This document shows positions 1-8,778 of a DNA stretch of 64,000 nt, piece after piece (within the stretch, counting starts at the first letter, position 1; every line of letters begins with the position of its first letter). The DNA is from Candidatus Daviesbacteria bacterium (GTDB lineage Bacteria; Patescibacteriota; Microgenomatia; Daviesbacterales; UBA10151). Position numbers and translations under genes: made by a program. The DNA lies in assembly GCA_030699125.1 (NCBI GenBank), contig JAUYKM010000009.1:6358-70357 (forward strand), written 5' to 3'. Under the pieces are notes generated by a model. It was not told the origin of the DNA and searched no databases. It was given only the letters and a program-made list of their open reading frames with translations.

Positions 1-342
1 GCTAAAACGCAAGGTCTGGGAGGAAATTTAATTAAAAATAAAACTAAGCTGGGGAAAATAAAATTTGCTTTTTTATCAACTAGATTTGCTAAGAGTCTTC
101 CCACAACTGCCGATGATGTTGATTTACTGGTGGTAGGAACCATAGTGTTGCCAGAACTTCAATCTATCATTTCTGATGAACAAGCCAAGAGGGAAGCAGA
201 AATTAATTATTCTTTTATGGATGAGGCAGAATTTAAATTTAGGGTGAGAAGAAGGGATGGCTTTATCTTAAAAGTATTAATGCAACCTAAGGTGATGTTG
301 ATTGGAGATGAAGATGAACTTTTAGAAGGGGTAATAATTTAA
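1..342 (+). CDS. C-terminal fragment of a gene that starts upstream of the window (hypothetical protein)
   Basis: Frame 1 is open from base 1 to the stop at 340-342. The track ORF at 130..342 is the tail of this frame. Confidence 0.4.
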   Translation, partial: AKTQGLGGNLIKNKTKLGKIKFAFLSTRFAKSLPTTADDVDLLVVGTIVLPELQSIISDEQAKREAEINYSFMDEAEFKFRVRRRDGFILKVLMQPKVMLIGDEDELLEGVII

Positions 343-347
343 TAAGA

Positions 348-1649
348 ATGTCAAGATTATTACTTTGGATAATAATTGCCGTTACCACAATTTTCTCTCT
401 GCTGATTAATATTCCCAACTTCCCATCAATTGAGATTTTGGGAAAAGAATATGGCATAGACTTTCCTCTTAGATTAGGACTTGATCTTCAGGGAGGAACT
501 CAATTAATTTTGCAAACCCAAATGGATCAAATTGAAGCTTCTCAAAGAGATGATGCTTTGGAAAGTGCCAAAGAAGTGATTGAGAGGAGGGTTAATTTAT
601 TCGGAGTTTCTGAAGCAGTTGTACAAACATCCAAAGTGGGAGAGGATAGAAGAATTTTGGTGGAATTGCCCGGCTTAAAAAATGCCACTGAGGCTGCCCA
701 GTTAGTTGGTAAAACAGCTCAGTTAGATTTCAGAGAACTTCCTGCTACTTCATCTGCATTGGAAGCAACAGGCTCAGCTTATCTTTTGCAGATCATTACG
801 GAATCTGTTTCTACAGAGTTAACTGGTGCGGATTTGCAATCTGCCAGAGTGGTTTTTGGAGCTACCAACCAACCAGGATCTGGACCCCAAGTTGAGATAA
901 TCTTTACTCTGGAGGGGGCCCAAAAATTTGCTGAAATTACCAAAAAGAATACAGGGAAGCCTTTGGCCATTTTTTTGGACGATCTTTTGATTTCTGCACC
1001 AACGGTGCAACAAGAAATTGTGGGAGGTAATGCTGTGATTACAGGGCAGTTTTCTTCCGATGAAGCTAAAAATTTGGCCATTCAACTAAATGCCGGAGCT
1101 TTACCTGTACCGATTAAGATTTTGGAACAAAGGTCAATTGGCCCCACCTTGGGACAGGAATCAATTAACAAAAGTTTGGTAGCAGGCGGCATTGGACTGA
1201 TGGTAATTCTTTTATATATGGGGGTATATTATGGTGTGCTGGGGATAATAGCAGATTTTGCCTTAATAATTTACACACTAATTATTTTGGCAATTTTTAA
1301 GACTGGTTTATTTATTATTCCTCCCATTACTTTAACCTTGGCAGGAATTGCCGCACTTATTTTATCAATCGGGATGGCAGTTGATGCCAATATTTTAATC
1401 TTTGAAAGAATGAAAGAAGAAATTAGATGGGGAAAGAGTAAATCTTTAGCATTGGAGTTAGGATTTAAAAGGGCTTGGTCCTCAATCTGGGCTTCCAATG
1501 TATCGTCACTCATAACGGCAACCATCCTTTATGGGATGGGACAATCAGTTGTTCGCGGATTCGCAATTACCTTAACAATTGGTGTTTTGGTATCGATGTT
1601 TACTGCCGTTGTAGTAACTAGAACTTTTTTAAAACTTTTGATCAAATGA
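348..1649 (+). CDS. secD: Protein translocase subunit SecD
   Basis: 433 aa. N-terminal TM, then the periplasmic domain motif GLDLQGGTQLIL, then a C-terminal 6-TM bundle. Followed by secF in the same orientation. Confidence 0.9.
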   Translation: MSRLLLWIIIAVTTIFSLLINIPNFPSIEILGKEYGIDFPLRLGLDLQGGTQLILQTQMDQIEASQRDDALESAKEVIERRVNLFGVSEAVVQTSKVGEDRRILVELPGLKNATEAAQLVGKTAQLDFRELPATSSALEATGSAYLLQIITESVSTELTGADLQSARVVFGATNQPGSGPQVEIIFTLEGAQKFAEITKKNTGKPLAIFLDDLLISAPTVQQEIVGGNAVITGQFSSDEAKNLAIQLNAGALPVPIKILEQRSIGPTLGQESINKSLVAGGIGLMVILLYMGVYYGVLGIIADFALIIYTLIILAIFKTGLFIIPPITLTLAGIAALILSIGMAVDANILIFERMKEEIRWGKSKSLALELGFKRAWSSIWASNVSSLITATILYGMGQSVVRGFAITLTIGVLVSMFTAVVVTRTFLKLLIK

Positions 1650-2521
1650 CTAAATTTAAAACCAGGAAACCACATTATGAATATTTAAGGAAAAAATGGG
1701 TTGCCAAACATAGAAAGATTCAAGAGGATTTATGGGAGAAACATGGTGAATCTTTGCGGAAAATGGCTATCGGTGGTTTGGGAGGATTATTACTTCTGTC
1801 AGCTCCGCAAAATCAACCTTTGCCGGAAGGTGTTTTAATTGCTACAAGAGATGATGTAGTTAAAGATATTGATCAAAATATATTATTGGCTCAAGATTTA
1901 AATCAGGAGTTACCTCCTGAGGTCAGATCATTAAGTCCTGAGGAGGAGGAAAAGATATTGGATGCATTATCTAAAAATTTTGGGTTCTCTGTTAAGAGTG
2001 AACTAAAGGGGGTAAGGCTTAATAGAAATTATGGACTGATTGGAGGGGAGCAACATCTGTATCGCTATCCAGGGGACAGCTTGCAAGCTCATGCCGATAA
2101 TGCTACAGATTGGGCCATGTATGGTTCATCGGGAATTGCTCCGGGGCTTGGAGCCTGGGGTTACTTTGCTCCCTCTAAGGATGAATTTAGTGAAATCGAT
2201 AAAGAAAGAGAAAGATATTATTTGGCTATTCAAACTTTTTTGGCCCCTGGTTTTTCGGAAAATGTGGGAAAATATAGGGACTTTTTTAAATACAGAAAAA
2301 TGCTGGTGGTGAACTCCAAAACAGGACAAAGTGTAGTTGCAGTAGTAGGAGATGCCGGGCCAGCTGAGTGGACAGGGAAACATCTAGGAGGTTCACCAGA
2401 AGTGATGCATTTTTTAGGTTTGTCAGAAGGACCCAGAAAAGGTCCGGTACTTTATTTTTTTATTGACGATCCGAATGATAAAATTCCCCTAGGTCCTGTT
2501 AGGGTGAAAAGGAGTGCATAG
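1646..2521 (+). CDS. RlpA-like double-psi beta-barrel (DPBB) domain protein, putative septal lytic transglycosylase-like protein
   Basis: The C-terminal segment LVVNSKTGQSVVAVVGDAGP...HLGGSPEVMHFLGL matches the RlpA/3D-domain pattern V.V.N..NG.SVVVRVNDRGP...IDLS. Sits between secD and secF. Confidence 0.45.
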   Translation: MTKFKTRKPHYEYLRKKWVAKHRKIQEDLWEKHGESLRKMAIGGLGGLLLLSAPQNQPLPEGVLIATRDDVVKDIDQNILLAQDLNQELPPEVRSLSPEEEEKILDALSKNFGFSVKSELKGVRLNRNYGLIGGEQHLYRYPGDSLQAHADNATDWAMYGSSGIAPGLGAWGYFAPSKDEFSEIDKERERYYLAIQTFLAPGFSENVGKYRDFFKYRKMLVVNSKTGQSVVAVVGDAGPAEWTGKHLGGSPEVMHFLGLSEGPRKGPVLYFFIDDPNDKIPLGPVRVKRSA

Positions 2522-2864
2522 CAATAAAATTATGAAACAATTTTATTCCCATCTTATTGAAATAGAATCATTAATTGTAGAGCTTGATAAATTGGATTTG
2601 GCTGATGAACAAAAAAAGCATTTAGGTGAATTAATAGATTCCAGTTTGCATCATACTATTTTAGATGCGGTTCTTTCGGAATTATCTGAAGATGATAAAA
2701 GAATATTCATAAAACATTTAGAGGAAGGTGATCATCAAAAAATCTGGCAATTTTTAAATGAAAAAATAGAAAATATTGAAGATAAAATAAAGAAAGCTGG
2801 GGAGAGTCTAAAAGAGGAATTGCATAAAGATCTAAAAAGAGCAAAGAAAGAGAAAAATTCATGA
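2514..2864 (+). CDS. Small charged coiled-coil hypothetical protein
   Basis: 116 aa and rich in K/E. Its start overlaps the previous stop and its stop overlaps the secF start, which is operon-like coupling. Confidence 0.4.
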   Translation: MHSNKIMKQFYSHLIEIESLIVELDKLDLADEQKKHLGELIDSSLHHTILDAVLSELSEDDKRIFIKHLEEGDHQKIWQFLNEKIENIEDKIKKAGESLKEELHKDLKRAKKEKNS

Positions 2865-3745
2865 AATTAATGCGATTTAAACTATGGTATTTTATATTCT
2901 CATTACTGATAATTTTGCCCGGTCTTTATTTTTTAATAACGTCCGGTTTAAGGCTTGGTATTGATTTTACTGGTGGGTCACTTCTTGAATATAAATTTGG
3001 TGAATCAGTTTCAACAAACCAAATAAAAGATGAATTTTCAAAGGGAGGTGTTGAGATTGGACAAATCTCCCAAACCTCAGAGAATTATTTTATTATCCGG
3101 ACTAAACCGGTTGAACAGGAAAATTTGAATAATTTGAAAAAGGAACTCAATGACAAATTTGGCAGTTTGGAAATCAGGAGAGAAGAAAATATTGGTCCAA
3201 CCATTGGTCAAGAAATCACCAATAAGGCAATGATTGCCATTGGGTTGGCCTCACTGGCCATAGTTTTATACATCTCCTTTACCTTTAGAAAAGTACCCAA
3301 ACCCCAATCATCGTATAGATTTGGGATTGCTGCAGTTTTGGCGCTTTTGCATGATATTTTAATTGTGGTGGGAGTTTTTGCCATTTTAGGCAAATTTTTA
3401 TCTGTGGAGGTAGATATTCTTTTTGTGACAGCACTTTTGACCATTATCGGATTTTCAGTTCATGATACTATCGTGGTATTTGACAGAATTAGGGAAAATC
3501 TTTTAAAAAATGTGGGGAAAAAATTTATTGATGTTGCCGATGTATCCATAATACAGACGTTAACCAGATCCTTAAATACCTCGCTTACAGTGATTTTTGT
3601 ATTATTTCCCATGCTTCTTTTTGGAGGTGAATCTTTAAGGTGGTTTACATTTGCCCTTTTGGTGGGAATTATCTCCGGAACTTATTCCTCTATCTTTAAT
3701 GCGACAGCATTACTGGTCTGGTGGGAGGAACGCTTAGGTCATTAA
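2861..3745 (+). CDS. secF: Protein translocase subunit SecF
   Basis: 294 aa. N-terminal TM, GIDFTGGSLLEY motif and a C-terminal SecDF TM bundle. Confidence 0.9.
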   Translation: MKLMRFKLWYFIFSLLIILPGLYFLITSGLRLGIDFTGGSLLEYKFGESVSTNQIKDEFSKGGVEIGQISQTSENYFIIRTKPVEQENLNNLKKELNDKFGSLEIRREENIGPTIGQEITNKAMIAIGLASLAIVLYISFTFRKVPKPQSSYRFGIAAVLALLHDILIVVGVFAILGKFLSVEVDILFVTALLTIIGFSVHDTIVVFDRIRENLLKNVGKKFIDVADVSIIQTLTRSLNTSLTVIFVLFPMLLFGGESLRWFTFALLVGIISGTYSSIFNATALLVWWEERLGH

Positions 3746-4182
3746 ACTTTTAGACGGCTAAGTTTATAAATTGCATAAAAAGTAGGAATCTGTAGTAAGA
3801 AATTAAATAGCGTTTTCATTAATGCTGGATGCCAGTCGGGTTGTATAAAAAATCCACTGAATTGATCTAAAAAATTAAGTATCTGTTTGTCTAGCAGAAA
3901 TCCATATAGAATTATTAGGTTCCAAGATATTAATATATACCAAAATAAAAATAGCCAAAATTTTGGGGATAGAATTTTCTTTTTGAATGTAAAAGAATAC
4001 AAACCTATTATTGATATTACCTCTGATGTATATATCGACCAATCGAAAGCATTGAATTTAGCAAGCCCGATACGAGATCCAATTATCAGAAAAAGTGAGG
4101 CAATTAATAGGCTACCTAATGAAAACCAAAAGTATAGTTTCCAAAATAATAAGTTGCTAATAAGCCTTTTTAAAGTAGCCAT
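3742..4182 (-). CDS. Hypothetical integral membrane protein
   Basis: 146 aa with several hydrophobic helices. No recognisable domain. Confidence 0.35.
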   Translation of the reverse strand: MATLKRLISNLLFWKLYFWFSLGSLLIASLFLIIGSRIGLAKFNAFDWSIYTSEVISIIGLYSFTFKKKILSPKFWLFLFWYILISWNLIILYGFLLDKQILNFLDQFSGFFIQPDWHPALMKTLFNFLLQIPTFYAIYKLSRLKV

Positions 4183-4191
4183 ATTTTAAAT

Positions 4192-5562
4192 TTAATCTAT
4201 ATGCTGAATTTTTTCAAGTAAATAATCTCTCTTATTCTTTGTAGAATCTTCTAAGACTTCCTCAAAAAGTTTTTGGAGGATCTCTCCCACTTTTGGGCCG
4301 GGCTTAATGTTTAAAACTTTCATCACATCATGGCCATCCACTTTTAAATCAGCAATGGAAAATGGTTTTTTCAAAACTTGTTTAATTTTTTCTTTAAATT
4401 TTTCCATCCTCCATGATGTTTCTCTCTGTGTTCCTCCACCTAATCTATCACCAACTCGAAGAGCCATCATATCTTCGATATTTTCCAACCTCACATTTTT
4501 TATAAAACGCCTGATGGCAGAATCTGTTTGATCTTCATTAACAGAAAACATATGCCACCTGATTAATCTATAGAGCTTTTCAGTTTGTTTTTTAGATAGA
4601 TTAAATCTTTTGGCAATCTTCCTAGCTATATTTGCGCCCACCACATCATGTTGATAGAATGTGACATTGCCATCCTCTTGAGTGGAGACTGTATCAGGTT
4701 TACCAACATCATGGAGCAAGGCGGCAAATTTGGTAAGAGGATCATCTGATGGAGCATATTTGAGAGTAAGTAGGGAGTGTTCGCCAATATCATAGACTCT
4801 GTCATGTTTTGGTCCCTCCTGTTTAAGACCAAAACACCCCTCAAGTTCCGGCAAAATAATTTGCAGTATCCCCGCCTCCCTAAGTTTAACTATACCTATG
4901 TATGAACTGCTAGATGCAAGAATCTTGAAAAGTTCATCCCTGACTCTTTCATTGGCGATTTCTTTTAAAAGATGGGCATTTTTTGTGATAGCTGCAAAAG
5001 TTTTTTTCTCTATATCAAAACCCAATTCTGTGGCAAATCGAATGGCACGAATAAGACGTAGGGCATCTTCTTGGAACCTTTTCTGTGGATCACCCACAGC
5101 TCTAATGATTTTGTCTTTAATATCATCTTGACCATGGAATGGATCAGTTAATTGGATCCCCCGATTAAATCGGGGGATGACAGAGGCGGCAATGGCATTA
5201 ATAGTAAAATCCCTGCGAGCTAAATCTTCCTCAATATTATCTGTCCAGGAAAGCTTATCCGGATGACGGTGATCTTTATATATTCCCTCTTTTCTCATGG
5301 TGGTGATTTCAAAAATTCCATCACCACTATCAAACCCAACTGTACCAAACTTATTATCATAAAATCCCTCAGGAATCACTTTTAAAATCTCCTCCGGTTT
5401 TGCATCAGTGGTAAAATCCCAGTCCTTGACCTGCTTTTTCGTTAAAAGATCTCGGACTGCCCCTCCCACTATGTAAATTTGAAAGTTGGCTTTTTGAAAT
5501 TTATCTAAAATATTTTTTACTCTGGAAGGTAGTGTATAATCGTTCATGATTTCATCATTCAC
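4192..5562 (-). CDS. cca: CCA tRNA nucleotidyltransferase (polymerase beta-type head plus HD domain)
   Basis: IVGGAVRDLLTKK..DWDFTT nucleotidyltransferase head, RRDFTINA motif and a downstream HD-domain LHDVGKP. Confidence 0.85.
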   Translation of the reverse strand: MNDEIMNDYTLPSRVKNILDKFQKANFQIYIVGGAVRDLLTKKQVKDWDFTTDAKPEEILKVIPEGFYDNKFGTVGFDSGDGIFEITTMRKEGIYKDHRHPDKLSWTDNIEEDLARRDFTINAIAASVIPRFNRGIQLTDPFHGQDDIKDKIIRAVGDPQKRFQEDALRLIRAIRFATELGFDIEKKTFAAITKNAHLLKEIANERVRDELFKILASSSSYIGIVKLREAGILQIILPELEGCFGLKQEGPKHDRVYDIGEHSLLTLKYAPSDDPLTKFAALLHDVGKPDTVSTQEDGNVTFYQHDVVGANIARKIAKRFNLSKKQTEKLYRLIRWHMFSVNEDQTDSAIRRFIKNVRLENIEDMMALRVGDRLGGGTQRETSWRMEKFKEKIKQVLKKPFSIADLKVDGHDVMKVLNIKPGPKVGEILQKLFEEVLEDSTKNKRDYLLEKIQHID

Positions 5563-5617
5563 TTCTTGTAACGCGTTGCGTTATAATCGTTCATGTTGTA
5601 ATTGTATCTTTAAGTGT

Positions 5618-7222
5618 ATGAAATGGAAAGTATTACCCAAAAAGTCCGATGATTTAGTGGAGCAGTTACTGGCAAACAGGGGAATTAAAACTACTCAAGA
5701 AAAAGAGCAATTTTTTCATCCCAAAATTTCAGATTACGAGAAGGATATTGATATTGCCGGAATAAAAAAGGCACAGGAAAGAATAAAAAAAGCAATAAAA
5801 AATAATGAACTAATTATTGTTTATGGAGATTATGATGTAGATGGAATATGCGGCTGCGCTTGTCTTTATAAAGCACTAACTTCAATTGGAGCAAAAGTTT
5901 TGCCTTATATTCCACATAGAGAAAAAGAAGGATATGGATTATCAAAAATAGGATTGGAGTCGGCTAAAAATTCTGGCGCCCGGTTAATAATAACTGTTGA
6001 TAATGGCATAGTTGCCAATCCTCAAGCAGACTATGCAAAAATTTTAGGCCTGGATTTAATTATTACTGATCACCATATTCCGGCAAAAATTAAACCGGAC
6101 GCTTATGAAATAATTCATTCTACCAAGATGTGTGGAGCCGCTGTTGGTTGGTGTCTTATCCGAGGATTAATAAAAAAGGATTTGGCAACAGAATTGTTGC
6201 AATTTGTTTGCCTTGCCACCATCTGTGATGTGATGCTTCTTTTGGAAGTTAATAGAGCATATGTTTCGGAAGGTTTGAAAATTTTAAACCGGACAACTAA
6301 TTTAGGATTATTATCTTTAATCAATGAATCAGGATTAAGACTTGGGAATATTGGTTCTTATGAGATAGGTCACGTTTTAGGGCCAAGATTGAATGCTATG
6401 GGAAGATTGGAAAATGCCATGGATTCATTAAGACTTCTTTGCACCAAAGATCCTCAAAGGGCCAGAAATTTGGCAAGACTTTTGTGTAAGACTAATACCA
6501 GTCGCCAAAAAATGACCGAAGAAGCAGTTGAAGAAGCACATGTTTTAGTGAATAAAGGAATCAGTGTACAGGTATTACATTCTAAAAAATGGTCCATGGG
6601 AATTGTGGGACTGATTGCTGGAAGAATTGCCGAAAGCTACTCTCGTCCTACCATAGCAATTTCAGTGGGAGAAACTGTTGCTAAGGGATCAGCCAGATCT
6701 GTTAATGGAGTAAATATAGTTGAGTTTATCAGAAATTTTTCCGATATTTTAATTGATGTGGGAGGGCATCCGCAAGCTGCTGGTTTTTCGCTGGAGTCTA
6801 AAAATGTGACAATCTTTAAAAGAAGAGTAGAAGAATATATTTTGGAATTACCTGAAGAAGGAGAAAAAGTTTTAGAAATAGATGCAGAAGTTGAAACTAA
6901 ACAAATTAGTAAGGGTTTAATTGAACAGATATCTAAGTTTGAACCATTTGGTGTTAAAAATCCTAGGCCCATTTTTGCAACTTATAAAATGCAAATTTCA
7001 GATATTAGAACAGTAGGATTGGGGAAACATCTAAAGTTTAAAGCGAATAATATAGACGCTATTGCCTTTGGCATGGGGGAGATGGAATCGCTACTGGCTA
7101 ATGGGCAGCAAATTCACCCTGAGCGAAGTCGAAGGGTAGATTTGGCTTATACACCAGAAATTGATAGTTACAATGATTTTGAAAAACTACAACTAAAAGT
7201 AAAGGATATTCGCATTAGTTAA
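5618..7222 (+). CDS. recJ: Single-stranded-DNA-specific exonuclease RecJ (DHH/DHHA1)
   Basis: DHH motifs YGDYDVDG and ITDHH, plus a DHHA1 GGH motif. The track ORF starts at 5546 and overlaps cca, so I prefer the internal start MKWKVLPKK at 5618. Confidence 0.8.
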   Translation: MKWKVLPKKSDDLVEQLLANRGIKTTQEKEQFFHPKISDYEKDIDIAGIKKAQERIKKAIKNNELIIVYGDYDVDGICGCACLYKALTSIGAKVLPYIPHREKEGYGLSKIGLESAKNSGARLIITVDNGIVANPQADYAKILGLDLIITDHHIPAKIKPDAYEIIHSTKMCGAAVGWCLIRGLIKKDLATELLQFVCLATICDVMLLLEVNRAYVSEGLKILNRTTNLGLLSLINESGLRLGNIGSYEIGHVLGPRLNAMGRLENAMDSLRLLCTKDPQRARNLARLLCKTNTSRQKMTEEAVEEAHVLVNKGISVQVLHSKKWSMGIVGLIAGRIAESYSRPTIAISVGETVAKGSARSVNGVNIVEFIRNFSDILIDVGGHPQAAGFSLESKNVTIFKRRVEEYILELPEEGEKVLEIDAEVETKQISKGLIEQISKFEPFGVKNPRPIFATYKMQISDIRTVGLGKHLKFKANNIDAIAFGMGEMESLLANGQQIHPERSRRVDLAYTPEIDSYNDFEKLQLKVKDIRIS

Positions 7223-7239
7223 TTTCTGTTTCTGGTTGT

Positions 7240-7446
7240 TTATCTATAATTTAATGACTTACCAGTACTGATATCCATAAATCGTCCTGGCGCAACTCGT
7301 ACGACAGATCTAGTCGGATCTAAGTTTATAGGTTGAGTCACTTTTTGAATAACTTGTTGCTTTGTTGCTTCCTCTGGTTTTCTACCAACTTGACTTTTCC
7401 TAGAAACAAATCCCATAACTCCTCCGGTTTGTTCTAACTCTAGCAT
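7240..7446 (-). CDS. Small hypothetical protein (68 aa), island gene P1
   Basis: Strong SD: the reverse complement reads ATGAAAGGAGGTGAATAATA-ATG. Preceded by its own promoter and a leader with two hairpins. Confidence 0.45.
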   Translation of the reverse strand: MLELEQTGGVMGFVSRKSQVGRKPEEATKQQVIQKVTQPINLDPTRSVVRVAPGRFMDISTGKSLNYR

Positions 7447-7478
7447 TATTATTCACCTCCTTTCATATTCTTTCCACT

Positions 7479-7500
7479 AAAAAACCTCCCATTTGGGAGG
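7479..7500 (-). terminator. Hairpin plus U-run (CCUCCCAAAUGGGAGG-UUUUUU on the minus strand) in the leader of P1
   Basis: Perfect 6-bp GC stem followed by six U. Near-identical copy at 8188..8210. Confidence 0.5.
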
Positions 7501-7605
7501 CTTAAATTTTGCAAAAGGTTTTAAATAAACCTTATGACAAAACGCCTCCCTTCCGGGAAGTAATAATTCCAATAATTTGTATACTTTTATTTTTCACGTT
7601 TTTAG

Positions 7606-7635
7606 ATATTAACATGAATAACCAATTGCTGTCAA
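7606..7635 (-). promoter_or_regulatory. Sigma70-like promoter for P1 (TTGACA-17-TAATAT on the minus strand)
   Basis: -35 at 7630-7635 and -10 at 7606-7611 with a 17-nt spacer, just downstream of the P2 stop. Confidence 0.4.
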
Positions 7636-7640
7636 AAAAA

Positions 7641-7982
7641 TTATTTTGTTTTCCTTAGTCTTTGACGATAAGTTTGGATTTCTGTCATTAGAGTTGTAAG
7701 TGTAAGTCTTCCATATTGCTCAGGTTTACTACCCCAACAAACTACTCTTTCTAAAACTTCAGCCATTCTGTCTACAGCATTGAATGGGTTTTCTATATGA
7801 ACAAATCCTTCTGGCTCTGCTCCTTCAGCATGAGGAGTATTTGCCAAAGCACTATACGCTATTCCATTTGCTCTGTTTACAATAATTCCAGCATGGGGTT
7901 CGCCTTTTTTGGCAATAGACTTCATTCTTCTTTTAATCAATTGGATTTCCTCCAATCCTATTCCTTTAATTTCTTCTACCAT
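7641..7982 (-). CDS. Small hypothetical protein (113 aa), island gene P2
   Basis: SD GAAAGGAGGTG lies 7 nt upstream of the ATG. Translationally close to P3, with a 16-nt gap. Confidence 0.5.
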   Translation of the reverse strand: MVEEIKGIGLEEIQLIKRRMKSIAKKGEPHAGIIVNRANGIAYSALANTPHAEGAEPEGFVHIENPFNAVDRMAEVLERVVCWGSKPEQYGRLTLTTLMTEIQTYRQRLRKTK

Positions 7983-7998
7983 TTTTAAACACCTCCTT

Positions 7999-8187
7999 TC
8001 ATTTTTTTCTTATATCTCTCGCATCAAAATCGGGAATCCAACCACGTTGTCCGTTAAGAGATCTTTCCAGTGCATATCTTCCTGCTACAGATCTTGGATC
8101 ATTCCCACATTCTTCTAACATTTGCAAATATCTTTGGCTAGGTTGCTGACAAAATTGTAAACTGGTTTCTAATTCTCTCATTGCCAT
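7999..8187 (-). CDS. Small hypothetical protein (62 aa), island gene P3
   Basis: The ATG sits 3 nt after a terminator-like hairpin whose 3' arm, GGGAGG, is the SD. Confidence 0.45.
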   Translation of the reverse strand: MAMRELETSLQFCQQPSQRYLQMLEECGNDPRSVAGRYALERSLNGQRGWIPDFDARDIRKK

Positions 8188-8210
8188 AAAAAAACCTCCC
8201 GTTTGGGAGG
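8188..8210 (-). terminator. SD-sequestering hairpin plus U7 immediately 5' of the P3 start codon (attenuator-like)
   Basis: Minus strand reads CCTCCCAAACGGGAGG-TTTTTTT-ATG. Copy of the 7479..7500 element. Confidence 0.5.
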
Positions 8211-8361
8211 TCTACTTCCTTTCTCTTTTAGAAGTTTATCTAAAAGGACCTCCCGGAAAGATCTCCCAAAAGGAGATCTAAATTAAGGAGATTAATTAAA
8301 ATATTTGAACTGTTGATCATTTTAATAAAAAACTACAAGCCAGTGCTCATAGAATAAATAA

Positions 8362-8391
8362 ATTATAAGGGCAGTTAAGGCAGTTTGTCAA
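8362..8391 (-). promoter_or_regulatory. Sigma70-like promoter (TTGACA-17-TTATAAT on the minus strand) driving the P3-P2 leader
   Basis: -35 at 8386-8391 and -10 at 8362-8368 with a 17-nt spacer. Overlaps the 3' end of P4. Confidence 0.45.
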
Positions 8392-8581
8392 CTGATTGAT
8401 TATACAGTACTTTATAAGGGCTATACACCTCATTTATTCCATTCCACTGGAAGGTAGCAGTGAAGCCATTTCTTGGATTAGTATAAGTTACAACCTCATT
8501 GTGCTGATGACCTAAAGGACTATTTTTAGGAACTCTTGGTTCTGTATAATTTCCAACATCTTTTATAGCTTCAAGTGTCAT
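8375..8581 (-). CDS. Small hypothetical protein (68 aa), island gene P4
   Basis: SD AGAAAGGAGGAG lies 8 nt upstream of the ATG. Divergent from aspS. Confidence 0.45.
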   Translation of the reverse strand: MTLEAIKDVGNYTEPRVPKNSPLGHQHNEVVTYTNPRNGFTATFQWNGINEVYSPYKVLYNQSVDKLP

Positions 8582-8778
8582 ATTTATCTCCTCCTTTCTT
8601 CAACTAAAAACCCCCGCTTGATATAAGTCGGAGGTCGATATTAAGTTGATTTTTTACCAAAACCAACCTCCGCTTAAGCGAAGGTAAAGAAGAAGTTAAA
8701 ATTTCTTCTTTGGTTTTGCATGAAGAATAATTTATCAGCAAAATCAAGCCTTGTCAAGAGTAAAGTTTTACTGCTATT

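Noticed and set aside
779-1525. Minus-strand ORFs 779..1081, 819..1085 and 1271..1525 inside secD
   Set aside because: They are fully antisense to a confidently identified secD and low in complexity. These are typical shadow ORFs.
2040-2383. ORFs 2040..2312 (+) and 2126..2383 (-) inside the RlpA-like gene
   Set aside because: They overlap the longer same-region ORF in other frames, and have no RBS or domain.
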